NCBI GenBank assembly: GCA_009914755.4
Contig: CP086569.2
Span: 15,648,001-15,712,000 of the forward strand
Length of the DNA stretch: 64,000 bases
Reading direction: 5' to 3'
Source of the DNA: the human T2T-CHM13v2.0 reference genome, Homo sapiens
This document shows, in pieces, positions 52,646 to 64,000 of this stretch. The translations under genes and the position numbers were made by a program. Position 1 is the stretch's first letter. The number at the start of each line of letters is the position of its first letter. A model generated the notes under the pieces. The model did not search any database, was not told where the DNA came from, and was given only the letters and a program-made list of their open reading frames with translations.

Positions 52646-53514
52646 GTTAGAAGTTGTTGAACAGCTGGATTTGACCTAAAATTACTCCAAGAATGTATCA
52701 TTTTTTATGCCTCAAGCTGTTTTGTGCAGTTCTATTTTCAACTTCCATAGACAATTGTAATCTTTTATTTTTGTTTTCTTATTAGAGAATGTTTCATGAT
52801 ATGGATGTGAATAATTAAATGAACATCTTTCTATGTACAGCTTGAATTTAAATTAGAACATGATGGAGATTTTTGGATTCCCTTTAATTCCTGTTATAAA
52901 TTGTATTTCTTTAAACCTGCCCAAAGGGTAACCATCTTTCTGAAACCAATTCATTATTTCCTTCTTTTACTAAATTTTATTTCTACAAAATTAGCACTAC
53001 CAGCTTAACCTAAAGAATATATTGTCATCTGCTTTTGTTCTTTTATAAATGTCATTCTGTGTTTTTCTTGACCTAGCACTTCCTTTTTCATTGAATGGTA
53101 TGTTTTTGATATTCAACCATGAAAATTCTTGGAGCTGTAGTTCATTTATGTTCACTGATATGAGAAACCACACCCTATGGTTATTCCACAAGATATTTAA
53201 CTCTTTCAGAAGCTGGGTATTTGAATTGGCCTTATGTAAACAGTTCAACTGTTAGTATTCTGTGTATATCTTGTTGAAAAAAAATGAAGTTTCTCTACCT
53301 AGAAATAGATTTACTGGACTATATTTTATATCCATATTTAGATATGCATCCTGATGTCAAGAACTGTTTAAGTGGTTGAACAGTTTTATTTACCCAAGAA
53401 CCATATGAAAGTTTCTTGTTCTTACGTTCACTATACTGAGTCCAAAGTTGAATAGAAATGAAATTAGCTATCTTTGATTTGTTCTGTCTTTAGACAAAAG
53501 GAGTTTTAAAAAAA

Positions 53515-53803
53515 ATTTTATTTTGAGACAGTCTTACTCTGTTGCCCTGGCTAGAGTGCAGCGGCATGATCTTGTCTCACTGCAACCTCTGCTTCCGGGG
53601 TTCAAGCGATTCTCATGCCTCAGCCCCCTGAGTAGCTGCCACTACAGGCGTTCACTACCATGCCTGGCAAATTTTTGTATTTTCAGTAGAGATGGGCTTT
53701 CACCATGTTGGCCAGGCTGGTCTCGATTTCCTGACCTGAGGTGATCTGCCTACTTCAGCCTCCAAAAGTTCTGGGATCACAGGTATGAGCCACTGCATCC
53801 AGC
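53515..53803 (-). mobile_element. Alu SINE
   Basis: 'ttttgagacagtcttactctgttgccctggctagagtgcagcggcatgatcttgtctcactgcaacctctgcttccggggttcaagcg...gttctgggatcacaggtatgagccactgcatccagcc'. Confidence 0.9.
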
Positions 53804-54941
53804 CAGACAGAAGTCTTCTAATGTTTTATCATTATGTATAATATTTGGAGTAGGATATAAATGAACTATCTTTTTCACATAAATAAATGTTTATCTCCTT
53901 AATTTGATAACATGAAACCATAAATTCATTAGAGGTAATTTTTTTTTCATCTTTTAATATTTTCCTTGCTTTGTGTTTAATTTGTTCATGTAGTAAATTA
54001 AATAAGTTAACTTTCTAATATCAAGCTTAGTTTGATATTCAGTATACTCTTTAATATCATTTTTGTATTTGTTATATATTAATCATTTTTGTATCTCTGT
54101 ACTAAATTGGATAGGCTGTAATTTTCCTTATGTTAGGCTTCTCTGGTTTTAGCCTCAACTTAATAGTAGCTGTGTAGAAATAGTAAGAAAACATTTCTGC
54201 TCTCTGGGAGAGTTCATATAAAAAATTCCTTAATTAATAGGTGGTAGACTTGCTATTCAGTCCACCCTGGACAGATGATGTCTTTGATGTAGTTAAAAAC
54301 ATCTTTTATTTCCTGCTTGATTTGTGGGCTTTATTACGTATTGATTTCTTATATATATTAATAACAACATGTTTGCCTGTATCTGTCTGTTAACACTTTA
54401 TTATGTTCTCTTTTTTCATTTGTCTGTTGTCTGTATACATTTTGTTAAACTATTGTAACAAATTATGAGAAATGTAGTAATGTAAAAGAGCAACCATGTA
54501 GTATGTCATGGTTCTAAAGGTCAGAATTCTTGGTGCAGTGGAGCCTAGCTTGGTCCTCTTCTTAAGGTCTTCCATGGGTGAAATCAAGAGACTGGCAGGG
54601 CTGTATTCCTCTCTGGGGGCTGGAGGGATGAATCTGTTACAACATGTAGATTTTTAAAATCTAAGTATTTGCACTAACTTCTGATTTTACCATATTAGAT
54701 CCATAGGGTGAATTCCTATTTCTTGATCATTTGAGTCTTAGAGAAGCTTGATTTCCGTCCTACAACATCGTTAGATTATTACAGATTTCTTATCTGCTTT
54801 AAACAAGGGGTTTTTCTCTGTTTTTTGTCAAGATTAACATAATATTTTCAACATGTATTATACTTGAGTTGTATATTGTGAGTATATAAGTACACACAAT
54901 GAACGACTCTTCAGCCTTAAAAAAGGAGTAAATAAGAAATA

Positions 54942-55231
54942 GGCCGGACGCGGTGGCTCACGCCTGTAATCCCAGCACTTTGGGAGGCCGAGGCGGGCGG
55001 ATCACGAGGTCAGGAGATCGAGACCATCCTGGCTAACACAGTGAAACCCCGTGTCTACTAAAAATACAAAAAAATTAGCCGGGTGAGGTGGCGGGCGCCT
55101 GTAGTCCCAGGTACGCGGGAGGCTGAGGCAGGAGAATGGCGTGAACCCCAGAGGGCGGAGCTTGCAGCGAGCCGTGATGGCGCCACTGCGAGGCTCCATC
55201 TAAAAAAAAAAAAAAAAAAAAAAAGAAAGAA
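54942..55231 (+). mobile_element. Alu SINE (young, AluY-like) with a short internal right-arm deletion and a ~7-bp TSD ('aagaaat')
   Basis: 'ggccggacgcggtggctcacgcctgtaatcccagcactttgggaggccgaggcgggcggatcacgaggtcaggagatcgagaccatcctggctaacacagtgaaaccccgtgtctactaaaaatacaaaaaaattagccgggtgaggtggcgggcgcctgtagtcccag...gagccgtgatggcgccactgcgaggctccatct' then a(23). Confidence 0.92.
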
Positions 55232-55875
55232 ATCATGTAATTGGTGACAACACAGATGTACCTGAAGGACATTATGTGAAGTGAAATGAGCCAGGCACAT
55301 AAAAACAAACACTGCATGATGAAATGTGAAATCTAAAGAAGTCAAACTCACAGAAACAGAGAGTAGACTTGTAGTTGCTATAGGCTGGAAGTTGTGCACA
55401 TGGCGAATTTTGGTCAAAGAGCATAAACAGTTTTTTCCTTCCTATAATATTATTTTCTTAGGTTCTAATTTTTGAGCTATTGGGATTTTCACATCATAAT
55501 TTTTTGGTCTTACTTATGCTTGCATATCTTTTACTACTCTTGAATAATTTTAGTCTTTCTATATCTTTTGGCTTAAAATTTGTCTCAAATTGGTTGCATT
55601 TTTCATCTTTGGTTTTGTTACAAACGTGTGATTGTCTGGAATTTTTAATTTATGAGTTCAAAACATTTATGTTTGTTGAATATTAATTTTACTAAGGCTT
55701 AGTTTGCCATCTTGTTTGACATGTTCAATTTAGTTACTTCAGAATAAGCATAATATAACTGTATATTTTGTCTTTGAAAACATCAGTTTCCACCTGTCAT
55801 TTAATAGATATACTTCTACTGGATTTAAAACTATATTCTGTTTTTTGTTCTTACACTGTTGTTGATCATAACTGA

Positions 55876-56227
<352 letters not shown>

Positions 56228-59145
56228 CTTCCCAGTTGTTTTTATAAATTTAGCAACATACTATTGGTTTATACCAATTGTGTCCCATTTCTATATGAAA
56301 ATCAAAAATATATAGAATACATCAAGGGATTTGTTGACAGATCTGATAATTTCTGTAGCAGTCCTCTAACAAGACAAACATTTTTCAAACATGCATCTCC
56401 TTTTAGTCCCACCACTGAATGCCATTTAAGTAGATAGTTCCTAGAATTTAAGTTCTGGGCTGTTATCTATGTATAATTGTTGCATTCTTTTTTACCCATT
56501 TTAGCCAAATATAAATTATAAATTATTGATTGTCCCTGCATTTCATATATTTTCCACAATTCTTATCAAAATACTCATATTCTTTCATAGGTGTTTTCTC
56601 AAAAATATTTTTGAGTCATTGAAATTTTGTTTAGCAAAATGTTTGAGTCCCTTTTTGATCAATTTTTTGTTTTTACTTTGCCTATACTATTTGTTTCTAA
56701 ACAAAAAATTTAAATTCACAGTTATTTTTCTTCCAACTTTCAAATATCACTACTGTATCTGCAGATGTTCTGTGCTATCACTGGAAAGTTTAATGTCAGT
56801 CTGATTCTTACTCATTCATGACTCAGCTATTTTTTTCTCCGAAGGCTATTATAATTTTGTATTTGTCTTTGACGTCCTTGAATTTCATAGCAATATATCA
56901 ACTCAGGGCACTCTATGAGCTCATTCAAAATAAAGTTTTTGTTCTGTTTGTCTGTTTTAAGCATATTTTCATTCATTCATCAACTTAGTTCTTTCTGTTT
57001 TTTTCTCTCTTACCTATTATTGATATATCTACCAAAACTGCCTTTCTCTCCTTTATTCTTTCCTGGTGTTTCCTATGAATGTTCTTCCATCTGATCTTCC
57101 AATTCAGTAATTTGTTCTTCAATTCTCTCTGTTCTAAGATTTATCTTAACTATTATGTTCTTGTTCATCTTTACTATTACTTATTCCATACTTACTATAT
57201 TTACCAAGTTATCTTTTAATTCTTATTATAATCTACTATTTGAAATATATTACCTTAGGTGATCAAGTGTATTATTTTGTCTTTTGTAATTTCTTCATTG
57301 ATCTGTTCCAATAATTATATCTTATGTAGAAGAGTTTTCATCTGTTGAGAGAGATAGAGTTTGGTAACTTTTTTAAATATTCAGGTATATAACTTTTTAA
57401 AAAAACATTTAGCCTATATCCTCCTTAGGTGGGTGAAAACTCAACCATCAGCCTGTTTGTAATTGTGGATTTGATATGACTTAAGGCCATGCCCAAGTCT
57501 ATGTTTATTTTACAAGATTAACATTCAAAAATCACTTTTAGGTTACTCTGGTGCACTGAAAACCTGCAAGGAAGGCTTCTTATTTGAAATGTGCCTTTAA
57601 ACTCTAAATGAACTGGCATTACAAAGAGGCAGCCTCTTTAACATCCTTTCTGGGGGCATGGAGGGGAAGGGGCTGAAGCAGGAAAAGCCCATTGTGGCCA
57701 TGAGTGACTGGTGGCCCTGTAGGTTTTTAGCCGACTCCTCAATGCATCTGAGTTTCCCCTAGGCTTACCGAAATCCTACTACCTGATGGCTGCTGTAGGG
57801 TTCTATGTTGTATGGAGAAGAGAAGATGGAAGGGAGATTAGATAATGATTAACTCAAGACATTTTTGCTAAGAGACAAGAGTGAACCTAAGACTTTTCTT
57901 TCAAACTGGCATCGTTGTGTTACCACTTCCACCCTCTGCCAGAAGGTTTAGCCACCCCCATCCGCCATATATACATGGTTCTTCAGGTTGTACTCTCTGC
58001 AGAATGGCTTATAGTTTACTGCTTTTATGTTCTGTTATTGCTCTTTCAGTAGATCGATGCCTTCATTTTCTTAGCCTCTGTAGTTTCTCAAATGTAGATT
58101 TTTGTGGAGGAAGCAGCATTCTGTTCTATTCACCATCTCAAAAGAAGCATAAATCTTTTTCTTGATTTATTAGTATTTTTCCCAACCCATCAAATAAATC
58201 TGTACTTCTACCACCCCCCAGACTTTGCACTGAAGAGGATTGAGAAATGGTGAAACACTTAGCTATTGGATAGCTTTTTTCATTCCCACAGACCTCATCA
58301 GTTATTGTTAGCTAATATACCCATTAAGAAAATTACCGAGGAAACACCACATACATCCTTATTAATTCATCACTTGTCAAAATCCTTCTAAGCACCTTTC
58401 ATCTATTTCTAAAAACATTCCAAATATTTCAGGGACAATTTCCTAATATTTTGGTTTTGAATGTCACATAGTTCATCTATCATCATATATGATAGCTATA
58501 ACTACAGAAACCAAAATATTAACTAATTCTTAATGACAATTAGGATAATGAAGGATCTATTAGAATTGCTCTGGGTGTCTTTGATTGTCATATGAATTTT
58601 TAACCAAAGGCTTGTATGAGTTCCAGAGAGCAAACCCACTACATTTTCCCTGCCCTGACTTCCAGCCCATCACTATGTAGATCCATTGTGGAGCTTTGTT
58701 ACTCCTTTGTAGTGTATTAAATTCGAGGATATAATATCATCTGATTATGGATGAAAGTAATGGGACACTTACTGCCATGAGAGCCCCTCGTGACAGGTGA
58801 TAGTTGAACCAGAAGTTTAAAGACCTGTGGCAGACAGGAGGGGGTAAAACAATAGGACGCAGGACCCAGGAATACATTAGGGAAGGCAACAACAGTGAAG
58901 GAAGAGCTAGAGTAATTGAAAGGCTGATAAACATATTTGGAGCCAGTTCTTTTTATGCTATCATTAAGATAAAATCAGTAAATCAGTAATCCTTGCCTGG
59001 TGGATATTTCTTCTTTGCAAGAAAAATGTTTTAACTAAAGGAAGTCATTTTTGATAATTTGATTTATATACATACATATATCCTCTGTACAAATTGCCTC
59101 CAAGCACTTTGGGGACAGGAGAAGAGGGGAAACCTGTGAGATTGA

Positions 59146-59190
59146 TAGATGCTAGATAGATAGATAGATAGGTAGATAGATAGTTAGGTT
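59146..59190. repeat. (GATA)n microsatellite
   Basis: 'gatagatagatagatagataggtagatagatagttaggttagagata'. Confidence 0.9.
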
Positions 59191-59199
59191 AGAGATATA

Positions 59200-59460
59200 A
59201 AGATATATTCTCTCTATATATATATTTTTTCTTTGTCTCTCTAAAGACATGATTAGGAAACATTCTCTTGCTATATATAAGTATATATATTATATACATA
59301 CTTACATATTATATATAATTTATATATAAATGTAATATATATTATTTGTATCATAAATATAAATATATTTTTATATACACATTCTCTCTACAAATAGAAC
59401 ATATCTATCGAGAGAGACATATGCAGTATATGTATATGTGTATGTGTATGTATATCTAAA
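59200..59460. repeat. AT-rich / (TA)n-(TG)n low-complexity block
   Basis: 'tatatatatattttttctttg...tatatataagtatatatattatatacatacttacatattatatataatttatatataaatgtaatatatatt...tatgtatatgtgtatgtgtatgtatat'. Confidence 0.8.
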
Positions 59461-60172
59461 ACAAAGAAACAATATAAACACAAAATCCAAATGTCAAGTG
59501 GAAGAAAACTCTAATCAGCTACAAGGGACAATTAGAACATCTGTAAGAATAATATGTGTACTGGATTTAAAATGATAAAGACATTAAAATGCATATATTC
59601 ATCATGATACCCAGAATAAAACTCACTGTTAATATTACTAGGCAATGATCACATTCTCCTGGATCTTGATCAATAAAAATTATGATTTTTCCTACATTTG
59701 GAATAAATACTGAATTTCACAATAACTAAAAAATTGATGATTACAAGTAAAATTCCAGATAATATATGCAGGAAAAACAATAGTATAAGAAAATCATTAT
59801 TTTGTGAAACCCCAAATTAAGCTAAGTGTGTGAGTCTGTTCTCACACTGCCAAAAGAACTGCCCGAGACTGGCTAATTTATAAAAGAAAGAGGTTTAATT
59901 GACTCACAGTTCTGCAAGGCTGGGAAGGCTTCCAGAAACTTTCAATCAAGGCAGAAAGGGAAGCAAACATGTCCTTCTTCACATGGTGCCAGGAGAGAGA
60001 AATCAGGTATACATTATAATTTATTCCTCCTGTTTTTTTTTTGTTTGTTTTTTGTTTGTTTATATTTTCCAAAAATAAGAGGCCATATCCAACACAGTGA
60101 AGCAAAATGAACAAAGACGTTCAAATACTGAAGTTGAGCATAAATTTGACTTCACAATTTCTGTCAGATGAA

Positions 60173-60215
60173 CCAAAAAAAAAAAAAAAAAAAAAGAGAG
60201 AGAGAGAGAAACATT
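60173..60215. repeat. poly(A)(GA)n
   Basis: 'accaaaaaaaaaaaaaaaaaaaaaagagagagagagagaaac'. Confidence 0.9.
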
Positions 60216-60856
60216 TGATTCTGGGATTTTTATTTCCAGAAAGAGAAAGTTTTTCTCTTTTTCTTCTGATTATTGATTAAGAGTAGTTATGAAGTTGGAG
60301 ATAAAAGGAGAAGATGGCAATGATTGTTCCTTGTTCTTTCTTTCTGCAGTGGCTGTCAGCTTCACTGATGATATTAAGAATAACACAGCAAAGCCTGACT
60401 GCCTCCCTAAAGACAGATACTTCCATTACGTGTGGCGGTACCCTTCACTCCTGAATCTAGAAAATACTACTTGGGCCATGTTAAGTTTATTCTTAAAAGC
60501 CTAACATTGTGTAGCTACAGCTGCCCAACAAATCTGCCCAAAGCACTGTTCCCCCAATTGTGAATATGCATACAAATAACTTTTCAGTTTTCATGCCTAC
60601 TCCTGGATCATACCACCAGACATTCTGATTTGGAGGTCGACTGTGGAGCCTATGCAATTTAAAATTTTACAGACTACCCAAGGTTATGTGAATATATCCC
60701 GAGATAGCACAGCCTTCCCAGGCTGTTGGTGCCATAAGGACTTGGAGAGATCACCCTCGCTTACCCACAAACAACTTGCAGGACTAAGAAGAGTGCTTAA
60801 TGAATATGTGTTCAAAAAATAAAGGAATGCACCTGTGCTTGGAGATACCTGGAGAG

Positions 60857-60945
60857 CTCTCTCTCTCTCTCTCTTCATCTCCCCTCTGTATCTCTCACTC
60901 TTTCTCTGGCTCTCGTTCACTCTTTCTCTCTCTCTCTGATTCATT
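60857..60945. repeat. (CT)n-rich polypyrimidine tract
   Basis: 'ctctctctctctctcttcatctcccctctgtatctctcactctttctctggctctcgttcactctttctctctctctctga'. Confidence 0.85.
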
Positions 60946-61138
60946 TGCTATGCCGCTGAGTCATACAGTGAGAAGCAGCTTAAGGTCATTAAAAGGTTGA
61001 AGCATCATGGGAAAAAGTGAACATGTTTTCATTTGAATCTCTATTTTTAACTCTTTCTGAACTTGAGACTGTTGCAGTGATAATGAAATAAGCCTATGGT
61101 GGTTCTTGGAAATCATTTTAGACACACAAATTTCTAAC

Positions 61139-61960
61139 ATATATAGAGATAATATGTAAGATCACATTATATATAAAGTCACATAGAGTAAGTATAATAT
61201 ATAATCATATATAATTATAAAAAATTACATATAAAAGTATATTATATATCATACTTATATATTCATATTATATAAATATATAATATATATTAATTATCTA
61301 TAATTTTAAATATAAATTATATATGTAATTATATATTATACATTATATTATATATAAAATATATTTCATATTATGGAAATATATTTTATATATTACATAT
61401 TATATATAATATATAAAATTGTATATTATATAAAAATATATATCATATATAAAATATAATGTATAATTATATATACTTCATTATATAATATGAAATTATT
61501 ATATGTAATACACACTATATATGGTATATAATATATAACATAATTTAAATATAAATTTTATATAATATATAATTTTATAGAATACATTATATACTATAAG
61601 TATATAATTATTTTACATATAATATATTATATATAAAATATAATATAATATGTATTGTATATATTTATATAATATTTTATATATAGAACATAATATAAAT
61701 TTGTATATGATGTATATCATATAGTATATGTAATTATTATATCTAGTTTATGCTATATTGTATGTAATTATATATAAAATATAATTTTAAATATAAACTC
61801 TATATGATATAATTTATATATTATAATATATGATTAGATAATATATAATAAGTATATATACTTAATATATGTGATCTTGTTAAGTATAATACATATATTA
61901 TATATAATATATATTATATGTATATAAAATATATTAAACTTACCATATATGATCTTGTTT
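61139..61960. repeat. ~0.82 kb AT-rich (TA/TATAA/ATATT-type) low-complexity block with many internal inverted repeats
   Basis: Continuous 'atatagagataatatgtaagatcacattatatataaagtc...atatattatatataatatatattatatgtatataaaatatattaaacttaccatatatgatcttg'. Almost no G or C. The near-edge motifs 'atgtaagatcacattatatata' (61155) and 'atatatgtgatcttgttaagtata' (61868) are reverse complements of each other. Confidence 0.9.
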
Positions 61961-62269
61961 GACATGTCTTTTTGTATAGAAAAGCACTTAAATTACCCCT
62001 ACTTCAGCAATGAGGATGTTGTGTTTAGGCCAAAAGGCAATATAAACACAACTTGCTATTAAAGTTTTTTCTTAATCATCACTACCACTGAACCATTAAT
62101 AAGTATTTTCCTGCACAAGATAATAATAGCATCTCACATTTCCATGGTACTTTATAATGCCTGAAGCTCTTCCACATTCATAATTTTGTTCATGTCATAG
62201 AAAGAATGAGCTTTAGTAACCTCTTCCATTTAAGGGGATCACAGAATGAGTAAAAGCCTAGGGTGCAGT

Positions 62270-62700
62270 TAGAAAAGAACTAGGTTTCAGTCATCTAGAC
62301 ATGGTTCTAGGACTCTTGAATGCATGTGTAACTCAGGCTGAAAATCCCGGAAGATACATCCCCATCCCAAGAGCACCTACACAATTTCAATAACCTGGTT
62401 ACAACTGATGCACTTTGGATATTGCACTCTTCACAAACATCTATCCAAATCTAACATGAACTCACATCAGAACAACTATCGAATCCCCACTCCTACCAAA
62501 TATTCACGTCTGGTATTACCACCAAAGCCTGAAGCACCCTGACAACATGTGTCCAGATGTTGTTGAATTTTTTCCATCCTGACTGCCTCTCACCGAAAGC
62601 CAGAACCAACTTGCTCCTGGATGACTGCAGTGGACTTCTTCCAAAGGCAGCCTCCTGCAGTCACATCCATCAGTGCCTCTTATGGACTTCACAAAACCAT
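62270..62700. mobile_element. Partial copy of a hAT-type MITE (MER30-like family), inverted relative to the arm at 63585-63770
   Basis: The reverse complement of 62405-62525 ('caggctttggtggtaataccagacgtgaatatttggtaggagtggggattcgatagttgttctgatgtgagttcatgttagatttggatagatgtttgtgaagagtgcaatatccaaagtg') is ~90% identical to 63587-63708. Confidence 0.6.
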
Positions 62701-63242
62701 AAATTCTATCACATACTGCTATCTTCCCATTCTTATGTCTTGTCATTGTTTTATAATAAATTCCAACATTTTAGTCACTTTTCCAAGTGTGAAGTCATTT
62801 ATGCCTACCACTGTAATACCATTCTTTCACATTTCCTTAGTCATGATGAGTCAGTTACACTGGGAATCCTTCTGTTCTCCTCACCCTTTAAAGTTCCTTT
62901 TGGAACTTTGAAACTTATAATTCTTTTCAGGAATGTTTCCCTCTTAACATCTTGTGGCTGCTTCCCTGTCATCATTTCCTTCCATTTCTACCTTTTCAGA
63001 GAGGCTTTGTTTAGAAGAAAATATAGGAGCAAATCTTTGCCAGCTAGGCTTATGAAAAGTTTTCTTACATAGAACACAAAATACAAGAACTGTAAGAGAA
63101 TGTATTGATTATGAGGACTTCAAGGCACCACGAAGAACTCAGACAAAAAGCTTCAGATTCAGACAAAACATTTGTAACTAATAGAGCAGAGAATTGACTT
63201 GCATCTTGAATATATATAAATATCTCCCAACTCAATTGTTAG

Positions 63243-63770
63243 GCAAGCGCCCTATAGAGCAGCACTCCTGAACATTTTTGACATCAGGGACTGGTTTCAC
63301 ATAAGTCAATTTTCCCATGTCGGTGGATGGTTTCTGGGTGAAAATGTTCCACCTCAAATCACTAGGAATTACATTCTCATCAATAAGCACACAACCTACA
63401 TCCCTCGCATGTGCCGTCTCAATAGGATTTCCGCTCCTATGAGAATATAATGTCACCACTTAACTAACAGGAGATGGAGCTCAGGCAGTCATTTGGGTGA
63501 TGAGGATTGGCTGTAAATACAGAGGAAGCTTTGCTAGGTTGCCTGCAACTCCCCTCCTGCTGACCCAGTTCCTAAAAGGCCATGGACCAGGCTTTGGTGG
63601 TAATACAAGATGTGAATGTGTGGTAGGAGTGGGGATTCAATGGTTGTTCTGACGTGTGTTCATGTTAGACTTGGATACATGTTTGTGAAGAGTGCAATAT
63701 CCAACGTGTGTTGGTTGTATCTGGTCCAGTACTGGACCATAGCCTGGGGATTGGGGATCCCTGCTGTAGA
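63243..63770. mobile_element. hAT-Charlie-type nonautonomous DNA transposon (MER30-like palindromic MITE), old copy with an internal insertion
   Basis: 'cagcactcctgaacatttttgacatcagggactggtttcacataagtcaattttcccatgtcggtggatggtttctgggtgaaaatgttccacctcaaatcactaggaattacattctcatcaataagcacacaacctacatccctcgcatgtgccgtctcaataggatttccgctcctatgagaatataatgtcacc...ggagatggagctcaggcagtcatt' is collinear with MER30 'caggggtccccaacc.ttttggcaccagggaccggtttcgtggaagacaatttttccacggaccggggggtggggggatggtttcgggatgaaactgttccacctcagatcatcaggcattagattctcataaggagcgcgcaacctagatccctcgcatgcgcagttcacaatagggttcgcgctcctatgagaatctaatgccgc...ggaggcggagctcaggcggtaatg'. The 3' end 'ctggtccagtactggaccatagcctggggattggggatccctgctg' matches 'ccacggaccggtaccggtccgcggcccgggggttggggacccctg'. 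Confidence 0.7.
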
Positions 63771-64000
63771 GGACAGAATAACAAACCCCTATGTATGTTC
63801 ACATCCTACGTTTTGTGGCAAGAAGGTCTTAAGTGATGTGATAAAAGACTTTAAGATGGGGACAGCATCCTCAAGTATCTAGGTGAGCTCAATGTAATAG
63901 AAATATCCTTATAAAACAGAAACTGAAACTTTGAAACAATAGAAAATCTGAAGGTGAAACAGAGGTCAAATAGAGATTAAGGTGCTGTGCTACTGGCTAT

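Noticed and set aside
61139-61960. TATA-rich block as a candidate promoter / TATA box cluster
   Set aside because: It is a kilobase of pure AT repeat with no downstream ORF, CpG island or initiator context, i.e. a low-complexity satellite-like tract. Only its structure-forming potential is kept as a finding.
62557-63072. Longest ORF in the window (171 aa, + strand)
   Set aside because: Its low-complexity, Leu/Ser/Phe-rich translation resembles no protein family. It spans a MITE-derived segment and AT-rich spacer, has no obvious splice or promoter context, and sits in a region of decayed transposons. It is almost certainly a chance ORF.
63232-63459. 75-aa minus-strand ORF
   Set aside because: It lies entirely within the MER30-like hAT MITE and is a chance reading frame in a non-autonomous transposon.

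Overview
This window is not prokaryotic. It is primate (human-type) nuclear DNA from an AT-rich, CpG-depleted, gene-poor region, and interspersed repeats dominate it. I can support about 25 Alu SINEs (several young, AluY/S-like, with intact poly-A tails and clear target-site duplications); one near full-length but dead L1 (about 28000-33790, + strand) with a roughly 0.7 kb internal deletion of the endonuclease domain; three further L1 fragments; three MaLR LTRs (one THE1/MST-like carrying a nested Alu, and two MLT1-like); a MER30-like hAT MITE plus a partial second copy; and many microsatellites and AT-rich low-complexity blocks. I found no intact protein-coding gene, tRNA/rRNA, CRISPR array, operon or defence or biosynthetic 'system'. 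The longest six-frame ORF is 171 aa, and essentially every ORF in the supplied track lies inside an Alu, the L1, a MITE or low-complexity sequence. I cannot exclude short exons or conserved non-coding elements without alignments. The points of interest are structural: a composite Alu+L1-fragment insertion bounded by a single TSD, a degenerate telomere-variant-like tandem array, an 0.8 kb quasi-palindromic AT-rich block, paired inverted MITE copies, an L1 with a microhomology-mediated deletion and a templated palindromic mutation, and tail-derived polypyrimidine microsatellites. All coordinates are read by eye and are approximate (about +/-10 bp).
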